Below are positions 19,947-29,333 of a stretch of 64,000 nt of DNA, in pieces. Under the pieces are notes generated by a model, which saw only the letters and a list, made by a program, of their open reading frames with translations, made no database searches and had not been told where the DNA came from. The position numbers were made by a program, and so were the translations under genes. The stretch's first letter is position 1, and each line of letters begins with the position of its first letter. The stretch is from NCBI GenBank assembly GCA_002816875.1, contig MUCP01000017.1, positions 3,030 through 67,029 of the forward strand, in the 5' to 3' direction. This DNA is from SAR202 cluster bacterium Io17-Chloro-G2 (GTDB lineage: Bacteria > Chloroflexota > Dehalococcoidia > Lucifugimonadales > UBA3495).

Positions 19947-21076
19947 TGGCCGGCGACCCGTTCACGCCAGGTCCAGCCCATTTAGTATTAGAAGACGGAA
20001 CCATATTGAAAGGGGAATCCTTTGGCGCCTCGATACCAGGGACCGGAGAGGTCGTCTTCAACACCAGTATGACCGGCTACCAGGAGGTTTTGACCGACCC
20101 GTCCTACTCCGGACAATTGGTTACCCTTACCTACCCTCTGGTGGGTAACTACGGTATCAATGACCGGGATTTCGAGTCTGCGAAGATCCAGGTTGCCGGA
20201 CTGGTAGTCAGAGAGCATTGCGGCCTGCCAAGCCATGGTGAAAGCACCAAGACCCTCCATGAATTCTTGGCGTCCCAGGGCATACCCGGCATCAGCGGCG
20301 TGGACACCCGCGCGCTTACCAGGCGGTTGCGCAGCCATGGTGTGATGATGGGAATGATCACCACCGAAGAACCGGCGGCGGCCCTGGCCCGGATGGCCGA
20401 ACTGCCCGGCTATGACGACATGGATTTCGTAGCCACGGTCACCACCCAGGAAATATACCAATGGGACAGCCCGTCCATCGAGCCAGACCCTGAGGCCAAA
20501 TACCGCATCCTGGTGACCGATTGCGGACTGAAATTCAATATATTGCGCTTGCTCAAGCAACGGGGTTGCCAGGTCATTGCCCTTCCCGCCACCACTCCCG
20601 CCGAGGATATGCTGGCGCTTAACCCTTCGGGCATCCTGCTTTCGCCCGGCCCGGGGGACCCCAAGCTCCTGGACTACTTAGTTGGCAACGCGGGAAAGCT
20701 ATTGGGCCGGGTACCGGTCATGGGTATTTGCCTGGGGCATCAGATCGTCGCAAGGGCGTTGGGGGCCGACACCTTCAAGCTCAAGTTTGGCCATCGGGGC
20801 GGCAACCACCCGGTGAAGGACGTGTCCACCGGACGCATTTACATAACGGCCCAAAACCACGGCTATGCGGTAATGGCCGATTCTCTTCCTGCAGACTTGG
20901 AGATTTCCCACATCAACCTAAATGATGAAACCGTGGAAGGACTGACCCATAGGGACATGCCTTTGTTCACCATCCAATACCATTCCGAGGCATCGCCGGG
21001 CCCTAGAGACAACGAATACATTTTCGACCGGTTCCTGTCAATAATCGACGACTACGGAAATGGCGCAACCAGTTAG
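19946..21076 (+). CDS. carA: Carbamoyl-phosphate synthase small subunit
   Basis: GEVVFNTSMTGYQE, GICLGHQ, FGHRGGNHPV, QYHSEASPGP. Confidence 0.97.
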   Translation: MAGDPFTPGPAHLVLEDGTILKGESFGASIPGTGEVVFNTSMTGYQEVLTDPSYSGQLVTLTYPLVGNYGINDRDFESAKIQVAGLVVREHCGLPSHGESTKTLHEFLASQGIPGISGVDTRALTRRLRSHGVMMGMITTEEPAAALARMAELPGYDDMDFVATVTTQEIYQWDSPSIEPDPEAKYRILVTDCGLKFNILRLLKQRGCQVIALPATTPAEDMLALNPSGILLSPGPGDPKLLDYLVGNAGKLLGRVPVMGICLGHQIVARALGADTFKLKFGHRGGNHPVKDVSTGRIYITAQNHGYAVMADSLPADLEISHINLNDETVEGLTHRDMPLFTIQYHSEASPGPRDNEYIFDRFLSIIDDYGNGATS

Positions 21077-21094
21077 ACTAGACCGGTTAGTCTA
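21074..21094. promoter_or_regulatory. Dyad operator-like site overlapping the carA stop
   Basis: TAGACTA-GACCGGT-TAGTCTA (7-7-7 inverted repeat) at the start of an AT-rich spacer. Confidence 0.45.
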
Positions 21095-21274
21095 AATCAA
21101 CAGGAGGTGAAACGGCACAATCGGCAACCAACCACAATAGAGGATCTTAAGCCAACCCGGATGACCTAGCGCCGTAAAAGCAATAATCATATTTATCAAA
21201 ACGAACCAAAGATTACGGACCAAAGTTTCAATCCAATAATATTCAAGCTATTAGCACTATTTGGAGGTTTTTAA

Positions 21275-21691
21275 ATGTCTTCCTTTACGCAAGTGTTGCT
21301 GGAGGAGGGTGTGGAGGTGGAGTTACCGGCGAAACTCTCGGACGTCATCGCCATGTTGGATGAGGACGTGCCGAGTTTTGATTGCCAAGGGTACGGCTAC
21401 CGGGTCGCCCCTGCGAAGGGTCAGATCGGCAGCCATTGGGACTTGATCATAAGATCGGTGAATCCCGCCAGGAGCGATATGGCTTTCGCCCCGGTGGGTC
21501 GTTTAGAGGTGGAGAAGCTTGACCATGACATGGTCCTGTTCAGGATTCCGCCCCTGTTCGAGCAACAGTCAGAAGACGTTGCAAATTTCGATACCGACGG
21601 CCGCCTGTTCGGGTCGTTCGTTTACCAGGTGTTGAACTCGTTCCAGCGGCGGCAGCTCATCGACCTGCCGGGTCCGCTGCCCGCGTTCTGA
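21275..21691 (+). CDS. Hypothetical protein between carA and carB
   Basis: GGAGG RBS, 138-aa ORF with protein-like composition. Confidence 0.75.
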   Translation: MSSFTQVLLEEGVEVELPAKLSDVIAMLDEDVPSFDCQGYGYRVAPAKGQIGSHWDLIIRSVNPARSDMAFAPVGRLEVEKLDHDMVLFRIPPLFEQQSEDVANFDTDGRLFGSFVYQVLNSFQRRQLIDLPGPLPAF

Positions 21692-21870
21692 CCCGGGCAT
21701 TAGGGCGGAAATCTACGGCGGAAGTCATCCGGCTGGCTTGGCCAACTTCGGTGGTATAGGCGTGGACACCAGTCAACGCCCTCGACCGCCGGTGGCCTTT
21801 CGCCTGCCACGGATCTGGTGTAACGGAGCCGGAGAGGTCCCGGCGATACGGTACGGCTTAAGGGGTTAAG

Positions 21871-24800
21871 ATCTCGGATAAACCGAAAAAGGTGCTGGTC
21901 ATCGGGTCCGGCCCCATTATCATTGGGCAAGCGGCCGAATTCGATTACGCCGGCACCCAGGCGTGTAAAGCCCTCCGTGAGGAGGGCGTTACCACCGTTC
22001 TGGTAAATTCCAACCCAGCCACCATCATGACGGACGAGGGCACCGCTGACCGGGTGTACATCGAGCCCCTGACCGTCGAGGTGATTGAAAGGATAATCGC
22101 TAGGGAACGGCCCGATGGAATACTTCCCACCTTGGGAGGGCAGACGGGCTTGAACCTGGCAGTGGACCTAGCCGAGGCCGGAGTCCTGGAAAAGTACGCC
22201 GTACGCCTCCTGGGCACATCGTTGGAAACCATCCGCACCTCGGAAGACCGCGACCTATTCCGCAGCTTTCTCCACGAAATTGGTGAGCCCGAGCCCGAAA
22301 ACATATCGGTAACATCCACTGAGGAAGCCCGGCAGGCCGGGGAAAAGATGGGATTGCCCCTGGTCATCCGGCCCGCATATACCCTAGGCGGCACAGGCGG
22401 CGGCATAGCCGCCACTTGGGAGGAGTTCGAATCCATAGTCCACAGCGGCCTCTCCGCCAGCCCCATCTCCCAGGTCTTGCTGGAGCGGTCTCTGGTGGGC
22501 TGGAAGGAGATCGAATACGAGGTCATCCGCGATGGGGCTGACAACTGCATAACCGTCTGTAACATGGAAAACCTGGACCCCATGGGCGTCCACACCGGCG
22601 ATAGCATTGTCGTCGCCCCCAGCCAGACCCTCACTGACCGCGAATATCAGATGTTGCGCACTGCCAGCCTAAAGATAATTCGGGGGCTGGGGATCGAAGG
22701 CGGTTGCAATGTCCAATTCGCCCTTCAACCCCATCCCCTGATACAACAGGCCACTGCTGGGCACTGGCAGCCCGATTCGCCCTACTACGTCATTGAGGTC
22801 AACCCCAGGGTAAGCCGCAGTTCGGCGCTGGCCAGCAAGGCCACCGGCTATCCCATCGCCAGGGTGGCCGCCAAGATCGCTGTCGGAAGGCGGTTGGACG
22901 AAATCCCTAACGCCGTTACCGGTATGACCAACGCGGCGTTTGAACCCGCCCTGGACTATTGCGTGGTCAAGATACCCCGTTGGCCCTTTGATAAATTCCC
23001 CCACGGCGACCGCCACACCACCACCCAGATGAAGGCTACGGGAGAGGTGATGGTGATAGACCGCAATTTTGAAGCCGCGCTACAAAAGGCGGCCCGCTCC
23101 CTAGAGATGGGCGGCCGGACCCTGTTGTGGGAGGACCCGGCCTGGAGCGCCCCCAGCGTCCCTCGATCCGGCCCGCCAGGTCCATCGATGGACGATTTGC
23201 CCCTGGGTCCCAACGATTTGAGGCTCTGGGCGATCCTGGCCGCCCTGCGCCGGGAGATGGACCGGGAGGAGTTGTTGAACCGGACGCTGATCGAGCCCTG
23301 GTTCATCAACGCGTTGGAGCGCATCGTCGCCATGGAGCGGCGGCTGCTTTCCGAGCCTCTAACCCCGGACCTTATGCTGTTGGCCAAGCGGTTGGGATTT
23401 TCCGACATGCAGGTGGGGACCCTGGCTGACATGCTGCCGGAGCAGGTCCGGAACCTGCGTAAACAGTGGGGCCTTCGGCCCGTGTACAAGATGGTGGACA
23501 CCTGCGCCGCCGAGTTCGACGCCGCCACCCCCTACTACTACAGCACCTACGATCAGGAAAACGAAGCGCTTCCTTTGGACGGACCAAAGGCCCTGGTCAT
23601 CGGAAGCGGGCCCATTCGCATCGGACAGGGCATAGAATTCGACTACTGCAGCGTCCACGCCGCCCGTACCCTTTCCCGGGCGGGAATCCGCAGCATTATG
23701 GTCAATTCCAACCCCGAGACCGTCTCCACAGACTTCGACGCCAGCGACCGGCTCTATTTTGAGCCCTTGGATGAGGAGTCGGTGAGGGACATCCTGGAAA
23801 ACGAAGCCATCGACGACCAACCGCCTCCGTCGGTGGTGCAATTCGGTGGGCAAACAGCCATCGACCTTTCCCAATCACTGGCCATGGCCGGACTGCCCAT
23901 TCTGGGCTCCAGCGCAGAGGCCATAGACATAGCCTCGGACCGGGATAGGTTCGAGAATTTCATGTCTAGGCTGGGCATTCCCCAACCTCCGGGAAGCGCA
24001 GTCAATTCGGTCAGCGAGGCGTTACAAGTTGCCCAAAACATCGGATATCCGGTCGTGGTGCGCCCTAGCTACGTCCTGGGCGGCCGTGCCATGGAGATCG
24101 TCCAGAACGCCTCGGACTTGATCCGGTACCTGACGGCGGCCACGGATATGAATCCCGGCCGTCCGGTGTTAGTCGATCACTACATGGAGGGGAAGGAGTG
24201 CGAAGTCGATGCCATCTGTGACGGCGAGCGGGTCCTGATTCCCGGCGTCATGGAGCACATAGAGCGCGCCGGTGTCCATTCTGGTGATTCTATGGCTATC
24301 TATCCCGGCCTAAACCTGAGTCCGGAGGAAATCGCCACCATCGTCGATTACACCACCCGGATGGGACTGGCCCTTGGGATCAAAGGCCTGATGAACGTGC
24401 AGTTTGTGATACTGGGAGGACCGGCCTACCGGAGCCCGAACATTTCAGGCGAAAGCTCGGGGGAGAATACAGAAGCCACCTCGGTCTACGTGTTGGAAGT
24501 AAACCCCCGCGGCAGCCGCACCATACCGTTCATCTCCAAGGTTACGGGGGTGCCCGTCGCCTCTATTGCCACCAGGGTGATGTTGGGAGAAAGCTTGGCT
24601 GACCAGGGATACGAAGGCGGCCTGTGGCCGGCCCAAAAGCTGGTTGGAATCAAAGCGCCGGTATTCTCCATGGCCAAATTGATCGGCGTGGACTGGCACC
24701 TAGGCCCGGAGATGACCTCCACCGGGGAGGTCATGGGCATAGACCGGGACTTCACGACCGCGTTGGCCAAAGCCCTGATGGCCGCGAATATCAGGCTAAA

Positions 24801-25209
24801 GATGGGAATGGGGATCCTTTTGAGCATATCCGACCCCGACAAGGCTGAGGCGCTGTCGCTGGTAAGGGCGCTGGACCAAGCCGGATGCCGGCTCTACGCC
24901 ACCGAGGGCACCGCTGCGATGATTTCCGCCATGGGACTGCCCGTAACCATGGCCACCAAACGCCTGGACGAGGCACACCCCAACGTGTTGGACGTGATCA
25001 ACGAGGACAAAGTGGGGGCTGTGATCAACACCCTGTCGGGGGATACGTCGGTGCTGCGGGACGGTTTCTACATCCGCCGGGCCGCCGTGGAACGGCAGAT
25101 ACCTTGCTTTACCGCCCTGGACACGGCCCGGGCCGCAGTTGAAAGCCTGTTGATGGACAAAGACAACTACAGCGTACTCTGCACGGGCGAATACCTGGCG
25201 GGTGAATAA
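21871..25209 (+). CDS. carB: Carbamoyl-phosphate synthase large subunit (probable ATC start at 21871; first canonical start GTG 21892)
   Basis: KKVLVIGSGPIIIGQAAEFDY, two ATP-grasp halves, EVNPRVSRSSALASKATG, C-terminal MGS domain. Confidence 0.96.
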   Translation: MSDKPKKVLVIGSGPIIIGQAAEFDYAGTQACKALREEGVTTVLVNSNPATIMTDEGTADRVYIEPLTVEVIERIIARERPDGILPTLGGQTGLNLAVDLAEAGVLEKYAVRLLGTSLETIRTSEDRDLFRSFLHEIGEPEPENISVTSTEEARQAGEKMGLPLVIRPAYTLGGTGGGIAATWEEFESIVHSGLSASPISQVLLERSLVGWKEIEYEVIRDGADNCITVCNMENLDPMGVHTGDSIVVAPSQTLTDREYQMLRTASLKIIRGLGIEGGCNVQFALQPHPLIQQATAGHWQPDSPYYVIEVNPRVSRSSALASKATGYPIARVAAKIAVGRRLDEIPNAVTGMTNAAFEPALDYCVVKIPRWPFDKFPHGDRHTTTQMKATGEVMVIDRNFEAALQKAARSLEMGGRTLLWEDPAWSAPSVPRSGPPGPSMDDLPLGPNDLRLWAILAALRREMDREELLNRTLIEPWFINALERIVAMERRLLSEPLTPDLMLLAKRLGFSDMQVGTLADMLPEQVRNLRKQWGLRPVYKMVDTCAAEFDAATPYYYSTYDQENEALPLDGPKALVIGSGPIRIGQGIEFDYCSVHAARTLSRAGIRSIMVNSNPETVSTDFDASDRLYFEPLDEESVRDILENEAIDDQPPPSVVQFGGQTAIDLSQSLAMAGLPILGSSAEAIDIASDRDRFENFMSRLGIPQPPGSAVNSVSEALQVAQNIGYPVVVRPSYVLGGRAMEIVQNASDLIRYLTAATDMNPGRPVLVDHYMEGKECEVDAICDGERVLIPGVMEHIERAGVHSGDSMAIYPGLNLSPEEIATIVDYTTRMGLALGIKGLMNVQFVILGGPAYRSPNISGESSGENTEATSVYVLEVNPRGSRTIPFISKVTGVPVASIATRVMLGESLADQGYEGGLWPAQKLVGIKAPVFSMAKLIGVDWHLGPEMTSTGEVMGIDRDFTTALAKALMAANIRLKMGMGILLSISDPDKAEALSLVRALDQAGCRLYATEGTAAMISAMGLPVTMATKRLDEAHPNVLDVINEDKVGAVINTLSGDTSVLRDGFYIRRAAVERQIPCFTALDTARAAVESLLMDKDNYSVLCTGEYLAGE

Positions 25210-25244
25210 CTGGCGGGTGAATAACTGGCGGGTGAATAACTGGC
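25195..25244 (+). repeat. 15-bp tandem repeat x3.3 containing the carB stop codon
   Basis: (CTGGCGGGTGAATAA)3 CTGGC. Confidence 0.95.
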
Positions 25245-25246
25245 CT

Positions 25247-25678
25247 TTAGCCCATCAGAGGGTAAACCACCCTCAATCCTGGGAATCGGCTGAAGTCCCG
25301 GTCTGCGGTTACGAGGTCGCTTCCAGACTCGATTGCCAGGGCTGCCAAATAGGCGTCCGGAATCAAATTCCCTCTTGTATTAGCCTCGCGGCATAATTTC
25401 GTGAATATATCCCAGTGACGCTTACCTGGAGCAATTGAAACGCAGTTCGGATGGTTTCGCAGGTCGTTGGCAAACGCCAGGGCGGCAGCCATCGGGCTGG
25501 GAGGGGCGAATATCCGCTGGTGGGTTACGACCCGGAGGAACCCGCTAAATATCAAGTCGGTAATAGCGAAAGGTTGATCGCTCTGGGCTAAATCGCTAAA
25601 CCATTCGAAGTAGTCTGAATGTTGAGGCGCATCTTCCCGGTGTACGTAAACCAGGATATTCGCGTCAATGAGATGCAT
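25247..25678 (-). CDS. vapC: VapC PIN-domain toxin
   Basis: LIDANILVY, FLRVVTHQRIF, GNLIPDAYLAALAIE, TADRDFSRF. Confidence 0.9.
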   Translation of the reverse strand: MHLIDANILVYVHREDAPQHSDYFEWFSDLAQSDQPFAITDLIFSGFLRVVTHQRIFAPPSPMAAALAFANDLRNHPNCVSIAPGKRHWDIFTKLCREANTRGNLIPDAYLAALAIESGSDLVTADRDFSRFPGLRVVYPLMG

Positions 25679-25679
25679 C

Positions 25680-25916
25680 CTATAGGTCCATCACCTCGAG
25701 TAACGTTGCCGAATCGTCCAGGTCAACCCCTGGTAATAGGCCGTTACCTCCTACCGTAGTAAGGTGTAGTATTGGCCGGTCAATCGACTGCTGACGTCGT
25801 GAGAGTGTTTCTCTGAGCGAGTCCTCTATTACGGCGGTAAGGGTCCGGCCCGTGAGTAATGCCAGTTCCTTGACATCCCCCAGCAGTTGGTCGCTCAATC
25901 TAATCGTAGTCCTCAT
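25680..25916 (-). CDS. vapB: VapB ribbon-helix-helix antitoxin
   Basis: MRTTIRLSDQLL..K..A...GRTLTAVIEDSLR, GVDLDDS; directly upstream of vapC. Confidence 0.85.
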   Translation of the reverse strand: MRTTIRLSDQLLGDVKELALLTGRTLTAVIEDSLRETLSRRQQSIDRPILHLTTVGGNGLLPGVDLDDSATLLEVMDL

Positions 25917-26012
25917 GCATCAAATCATATAGTGTGGTCATCAATATGTCAATTAGCGATGTTTCCTACCCAGGGCAATCGCGTCTTAAATGGGACCGGC
26001 AGGCCCAGCTTA

Positions 26013-26112
26013 GTCGCTCCGGCGAAATCCGAAGTCCAAGCGTGCCATTGTTCCCATAGCAAAGCTCACAGCTGAAATGAATTTCTGGATTCCGGCCTGC
26101 GCCGGAATGACG
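26013..26112. repeat. GTC(A)TTCCGGC..GCCGGAATCC-type REP pair
   Basis: GTCGCTCCGGCGAAATCCGAAGTCCA and inverted TGGATTCCGGCCTGCGCCGGAATGAC. Confidence 0.65.
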
Positions 26113-26269
26113 GTTAAGGCCGGATATGAGTGACCTGCGAAATCGTACACGCATGGGTTAAGACGCGATTGCCCTGCTTTGCTACCAATCCATCCCCAAG
26201 CCGGCGCCGGTTCTTTATTCTTCTCGGTATCATTCCCAGATGTAAAAACAAGCGGCGGCGAAGCAACCC

Positions 26270-26430
26270 GTGGAATACGGGGTAATTCTGCAGGAGTCCA
26301 ACGAAGGATTCAGCGTTTACTGCCTCGAGTTGCCCGGCTGCTAGTCTCGAGGAGAGACCGAAGAAGAAGCCAACGACAACGTTAAACATGCGATTAAGGA
26401 ATACTTGGGCCCGAAAAGCGAAACTCGTAA
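26270..26430 (+). pseudogene. hicB: HicB-family antitoxin pseudogene
   Basis: Manual translation MEYGVILQESNEGFSVYCLELPGC*SRGETEEEANDNVKHAIKEYL; in-frame TAG at 26342-26344; no nearby stop afterwards. Confidence 0.75.
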
Positions 26431-26446
26431 AGGTTGCCGGTCTCCC

Positions 26447-27400
26447 CTACCAGTCCATCTCCATGCCTACTCCGGCGGCTTTGGCTGTATCGTACGCCAG
26501 CTTGGCGGCGGCCACGTCCGCTACCCCGGTGCCCATGAGTTTGGCGTAGACGATCTGTTCTGCGTTGTCCCGTCCGGAGACCATACCGGCCACGGCGTGA
26601 CGCAACTCCAACACCTGGCTCCATTGGAAGATCCCCCGGTCCACCGCTCCGGCCATGTCTCCGGCTTCCACCGGCGCCTGCTCCGCGGAATCCACGAATA
26701 CCTTGCCGGCGCGGTCCAGCGTCCCGTCGTCGACCTCCCGGGCCCGCCAGGTGGTGGGTCCGGCGCCGATCACGGTGGCGCCCGGCTTGAGCCAAGCGCC
26801 TTCCAACACGGGTTCCATGGTGGCGGCAATGCATATGACCACGTCGCTGTCCTCCACCGCCTCACGGTTGGTGGCGGCGGCGGAGACTTCCACCCCCAAA
26901 GAGCCGGTCATGGACCTGGCAAAGGCCTCCCTGTTTTCCAGGTTGCGGCTGAACGCCTTGATCTTTTTGATGCCGCGGACTTTGCAGACCGCTTCCAGTT
27001 GGGTTGGCGCCTGGTATCCGGTGCCGATTATTCCCACGGTGGAGGCGCCGGGGGTAGACAAGTGCTTGACCGCCACTCCGGTTGTGGCTCCGGTCCGCAA
27101 TTGGCCTAGGCGGTTGGCCTGGGTATAACACAGCAGGGCGCCGGTTTCGGCGTTGTACAGGCTCACCTGGAATGAATAGGCGCCCTTGACTACCGTGTAG
27201 GTCTTGACTCCAAGAACGCCATCGTGGAACAAACCACCGCCCATCACCGCCAACATGCCGCTACTGGCTATGATCTTGCGCCTGGGCAGGCTATAGGCTT
27301 CACCATGGCCGTAGTTCCTTTGCATGGACTCGATGGTCTCCAGCATGGCATCCATGGAAACAGAGTTGAGAACGTCTTCATCCCGTAAAAATAGGGCCAT
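26447..27400 (-). CDS. Ornithine cyclodeaminase/mu-crystallin family protein
   Basis: LGVKTY, LGQLRTGATTGVA, IIGTGYQA, GTGVADVAAA. Confidence 0.88.
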   Translation of the reverse strand: MALFLRDEDVLNSVSMDAMLETIESMQRNYGHGEAYSLPRRKIIASSGMLAVMGGGLFHDGVLGVKTYTVVKGAYSFQVSLYNAETGALLCYTQANRLGQLRTGATTGVAVKHLSTPGASTVGIIGTGYQAPTQLEAVCKVRGIKKIKAFSRNLENREAFARSMTGSLGVEVSAAATNREAVEDSDVVICIAATMEPVLEGAWLKPGATVIGAGPTTWRAREVDDGTLDRAGKVFVDSAEQAPVEAGDMAGAVDRGIFQWSQVLELRHAVAGMVSGRDNAEQIVYAKLMGTGVADVAAAKLAYDTAKAAGVGMEMDW

Positions 27401-27544
27401 AACCCACCATCCTGACAGACTGTGTCACCAAAATTACCAGCGGAAAGAGCCCGGCTATCTTAATTGCCAGCTTCGGCAGTGGCAAGGTGAATGGAGTATT
27501 CCCGTTGTTTGGGCAAGCCAGCGGTGGAAAACCGCCAAATTTGC

Positions 27545-27559
27545 ATCATATTTTATGAT
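27545..27559. promoter_or_regulatory. Putative LysR-type binding box
   Basis: ATCATA-TTT-TATGAT perfect dyad containing T-N11-A. Confidence 0.4.
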
Positions 27560-27849
27560 AGTATGTATGTCCATCTAGTGGCTAGGATTCTGCAATGATC
27601 TTTGGAGATCGTTAGGCAACTATGCGTTGGCGTGGGTACGGTGGCGATGGGAAACCGGATAACATCCAACTTCCAGGTGGAAAAAACGTCAAGTGGTTCA
27701 CGTATGTTTCCAGTTGGTCAGTAAACCACGAAGATTGGGTACACCCTGAGAGATGAAGAGGTTTGAACCCTTAGTCAAAACCTAAAATGGCATGTTGGGG
27801 GTGGGCTCTAAGGGGCTTTAAAACATATGGTGGGATGGGGCGCAGAAGC

Positions 27850-28089
27850 CTACTTAAAATACTCCCGGTTTTTGCGGATGTACTCCCGCCATTTGGAAGG
27901 CACCGTGAATTCATCAAAGATGGCATTCACCGGGCACACAGACTCGCAATAGGAGCAGTCGATGCAGGTCTCGGGATCGATGTAATACATATCGTCGTTA
28001 TCGGTGGTGACGATGCAATCCACCGGGCAAACTTCGAGACAACTCGCGTCTTTTACGCCAATGCAAGGCTCGGTGATTATGTAAGGCAT
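27850..28089 (-). CDS. fdxA: 7Fe ([3Fe-4S]/[4Fe-4S]) ferredoxin
   Basis: YIITEPCIGVKDASCLEVCPVDCI and IDPETCIDCSYCESVCPVNAI. Confidence 0.9.
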   Translation of the reverse strand: MPYIITEPCIGVKDASCLEVCPVDCIVTTDNDDMYYIDPETCIDCSYCESVCPVNAIFDEFTVPSKWREYIRKNREYFK

Positions 28090-28215
28090 ACCAGCAAGCC
28101 TGGCCCCAGTCAAATACCAGATTAAAATATCGGCCTGAAGATCCGGCCTGGCACCATCAACCCGGTGTTGAAATCTATTCTCGAATCACGGCATTATTTT
28201 GTCAAGCAATAACGG

Positions 28216-28232
28216 TTAATATATAATATTAA
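28216..28232. promoter_or_regulatory. AT-rich dyad in the divergent fdxA/lysR promoter
   Basis: TTAATAT-ATA-ATATTAA overlapping a TATAAT. Confidence 0.4.
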
Positions 28233-28265
28233 TTTGGCGCGGGTTATACTGGGGGGGCGTCATTT

Positions 28266-29222
28266 ATGGAACTTAGAGAACTCATCAGCTTTTACCATGT
28301 CGCCAGGCTTCGCAGCGTCTCCAAGGCCGCTCGGACCCTGGAATTGGGTCAACCTACCGTTACCACTCATCTGAGGAAGCTGGAAAGCGAATTTGGTATC
28401 ACCCTGTTCGACCGGATCAAACGGCCCATCCAGTTGACCTCCGAAGGCATCACCCTTTTGGAACTGGTAACCCCTGTGGTCACGTCGGTGGATACCCTGA
28501 AGACCCAGATGGACTATTCCGAGCGGCGGGGCTCTTTCTCGATAGGGGCGTATCCCGACTTGGTAATGCACCATCTGCCCCATGGGATTCAAGCTTTCCG
28601 CGAGCTTTATCCCGAAATTCGCATCAGATTGTTGGCCCGGAGTTACAACCCTCTCATCCAGTTAGTCAAGTCGGGCGAGATCGACCTAGGGTTTTGTTCG
28701 CCTCCTCCTTCCGACGACCCAACTCTGGAGTTCAAAGAACTCTTCGAATACAACGTGGTGTTGATGACTCCTTTAAGCCACCCTTTGCTGTCCCTAGAGA
28801 CACCGTCTCTGCAGGAAATCGCCTCGTGGCCTTTAATCCTATCAGGGCCGGAAAGCCTGACCCGGCAGAAGGTGGAACAAGCGCTAAAGGGCCAGGGTCT
28901 CACCTCCGACGTGGTCTTGGCAATGGACGATACCGAGTCCATCAAACGGTACGTGGAAACAGGGATGGGCGTGGCAGTGTGCAGCGACTTCACCCTGCAT
29001 CAGGAAGACCACTACAAGTTGGGGGTGGTCCGCCTGAACCATATCTTCCAAAGTTCCGTCATCGGGGTCTGCACGCTGAAGGGTAAGTTCCTTGGCCGGG
29101 CGGTGCGAAATTTTATCGACGCCATATCTGACGAAATGCTGGGTTATCACGCCGAGATGTTGGATTGGGACCGGGCCACCGTCAGCCCGGTGGCAACCTC
29201 CGAGTCTGAACTCGATTGTTAA
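28266..29222 (+). CDS. LysR-family transcriptional regulator
   Basis: N-terminal HTH SVSKAARTL..QPTVT..LE..GITLFDR; D.E.IKRYVETGMGV reminiscent of CysB/Cbl. Confidence 0.9.
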   Translation: MELRELISFYHVARLRSVSKAARTLELGQPTVTTHLRKLESEFGITLFDRIKRPIQLTSEGITLLELVTPVVTSVDTLKTQMDYSERRGSFSIGAYPDLVMHHLPHGIQAFRELYPEIRIRLLARSYNPLIQLVKSGEIDLGFCSPPPSDDPTLEFKELFEYNVVLMTPLSHPLLSLETPSLQEIASWPLILSGPESLTRQKVEQALKGQGLTSDVVLAMDDTESIKRYVETGMGVAVCSDFTLHQEDHYKLGVVRLNHIFQSSVIGVCTLKGKFLGRAVRNFIDAISDEMLGYHAEMLDWDRATVSPVATSESELDC

Positions 29223-29333
29223 CAACTCGTTAACAACCTCCTGGTCCACGGCCCCGGCCACTTGGTCCCATAATGACGGGACGGGGGAGCGAGGAGGCGT
29301 CCCGGCCGACGCGCTTCCTGGGCGGCCGGTCCC

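Noticed and set aside
26342-26344. In-frame TAG in the HicB-like frame as pyrrolysine
   Set aside because: No pyl genes or methylamine methyltransferase context, a single-base nonsense change explains it, and the 3' end is also decayed
26114-26389. 91-aa minus-strand ORF and 68-aa plus-strand ORF
   Set aside because: No recognisable motifs; they overlap the better-supported HicB relic in another frame
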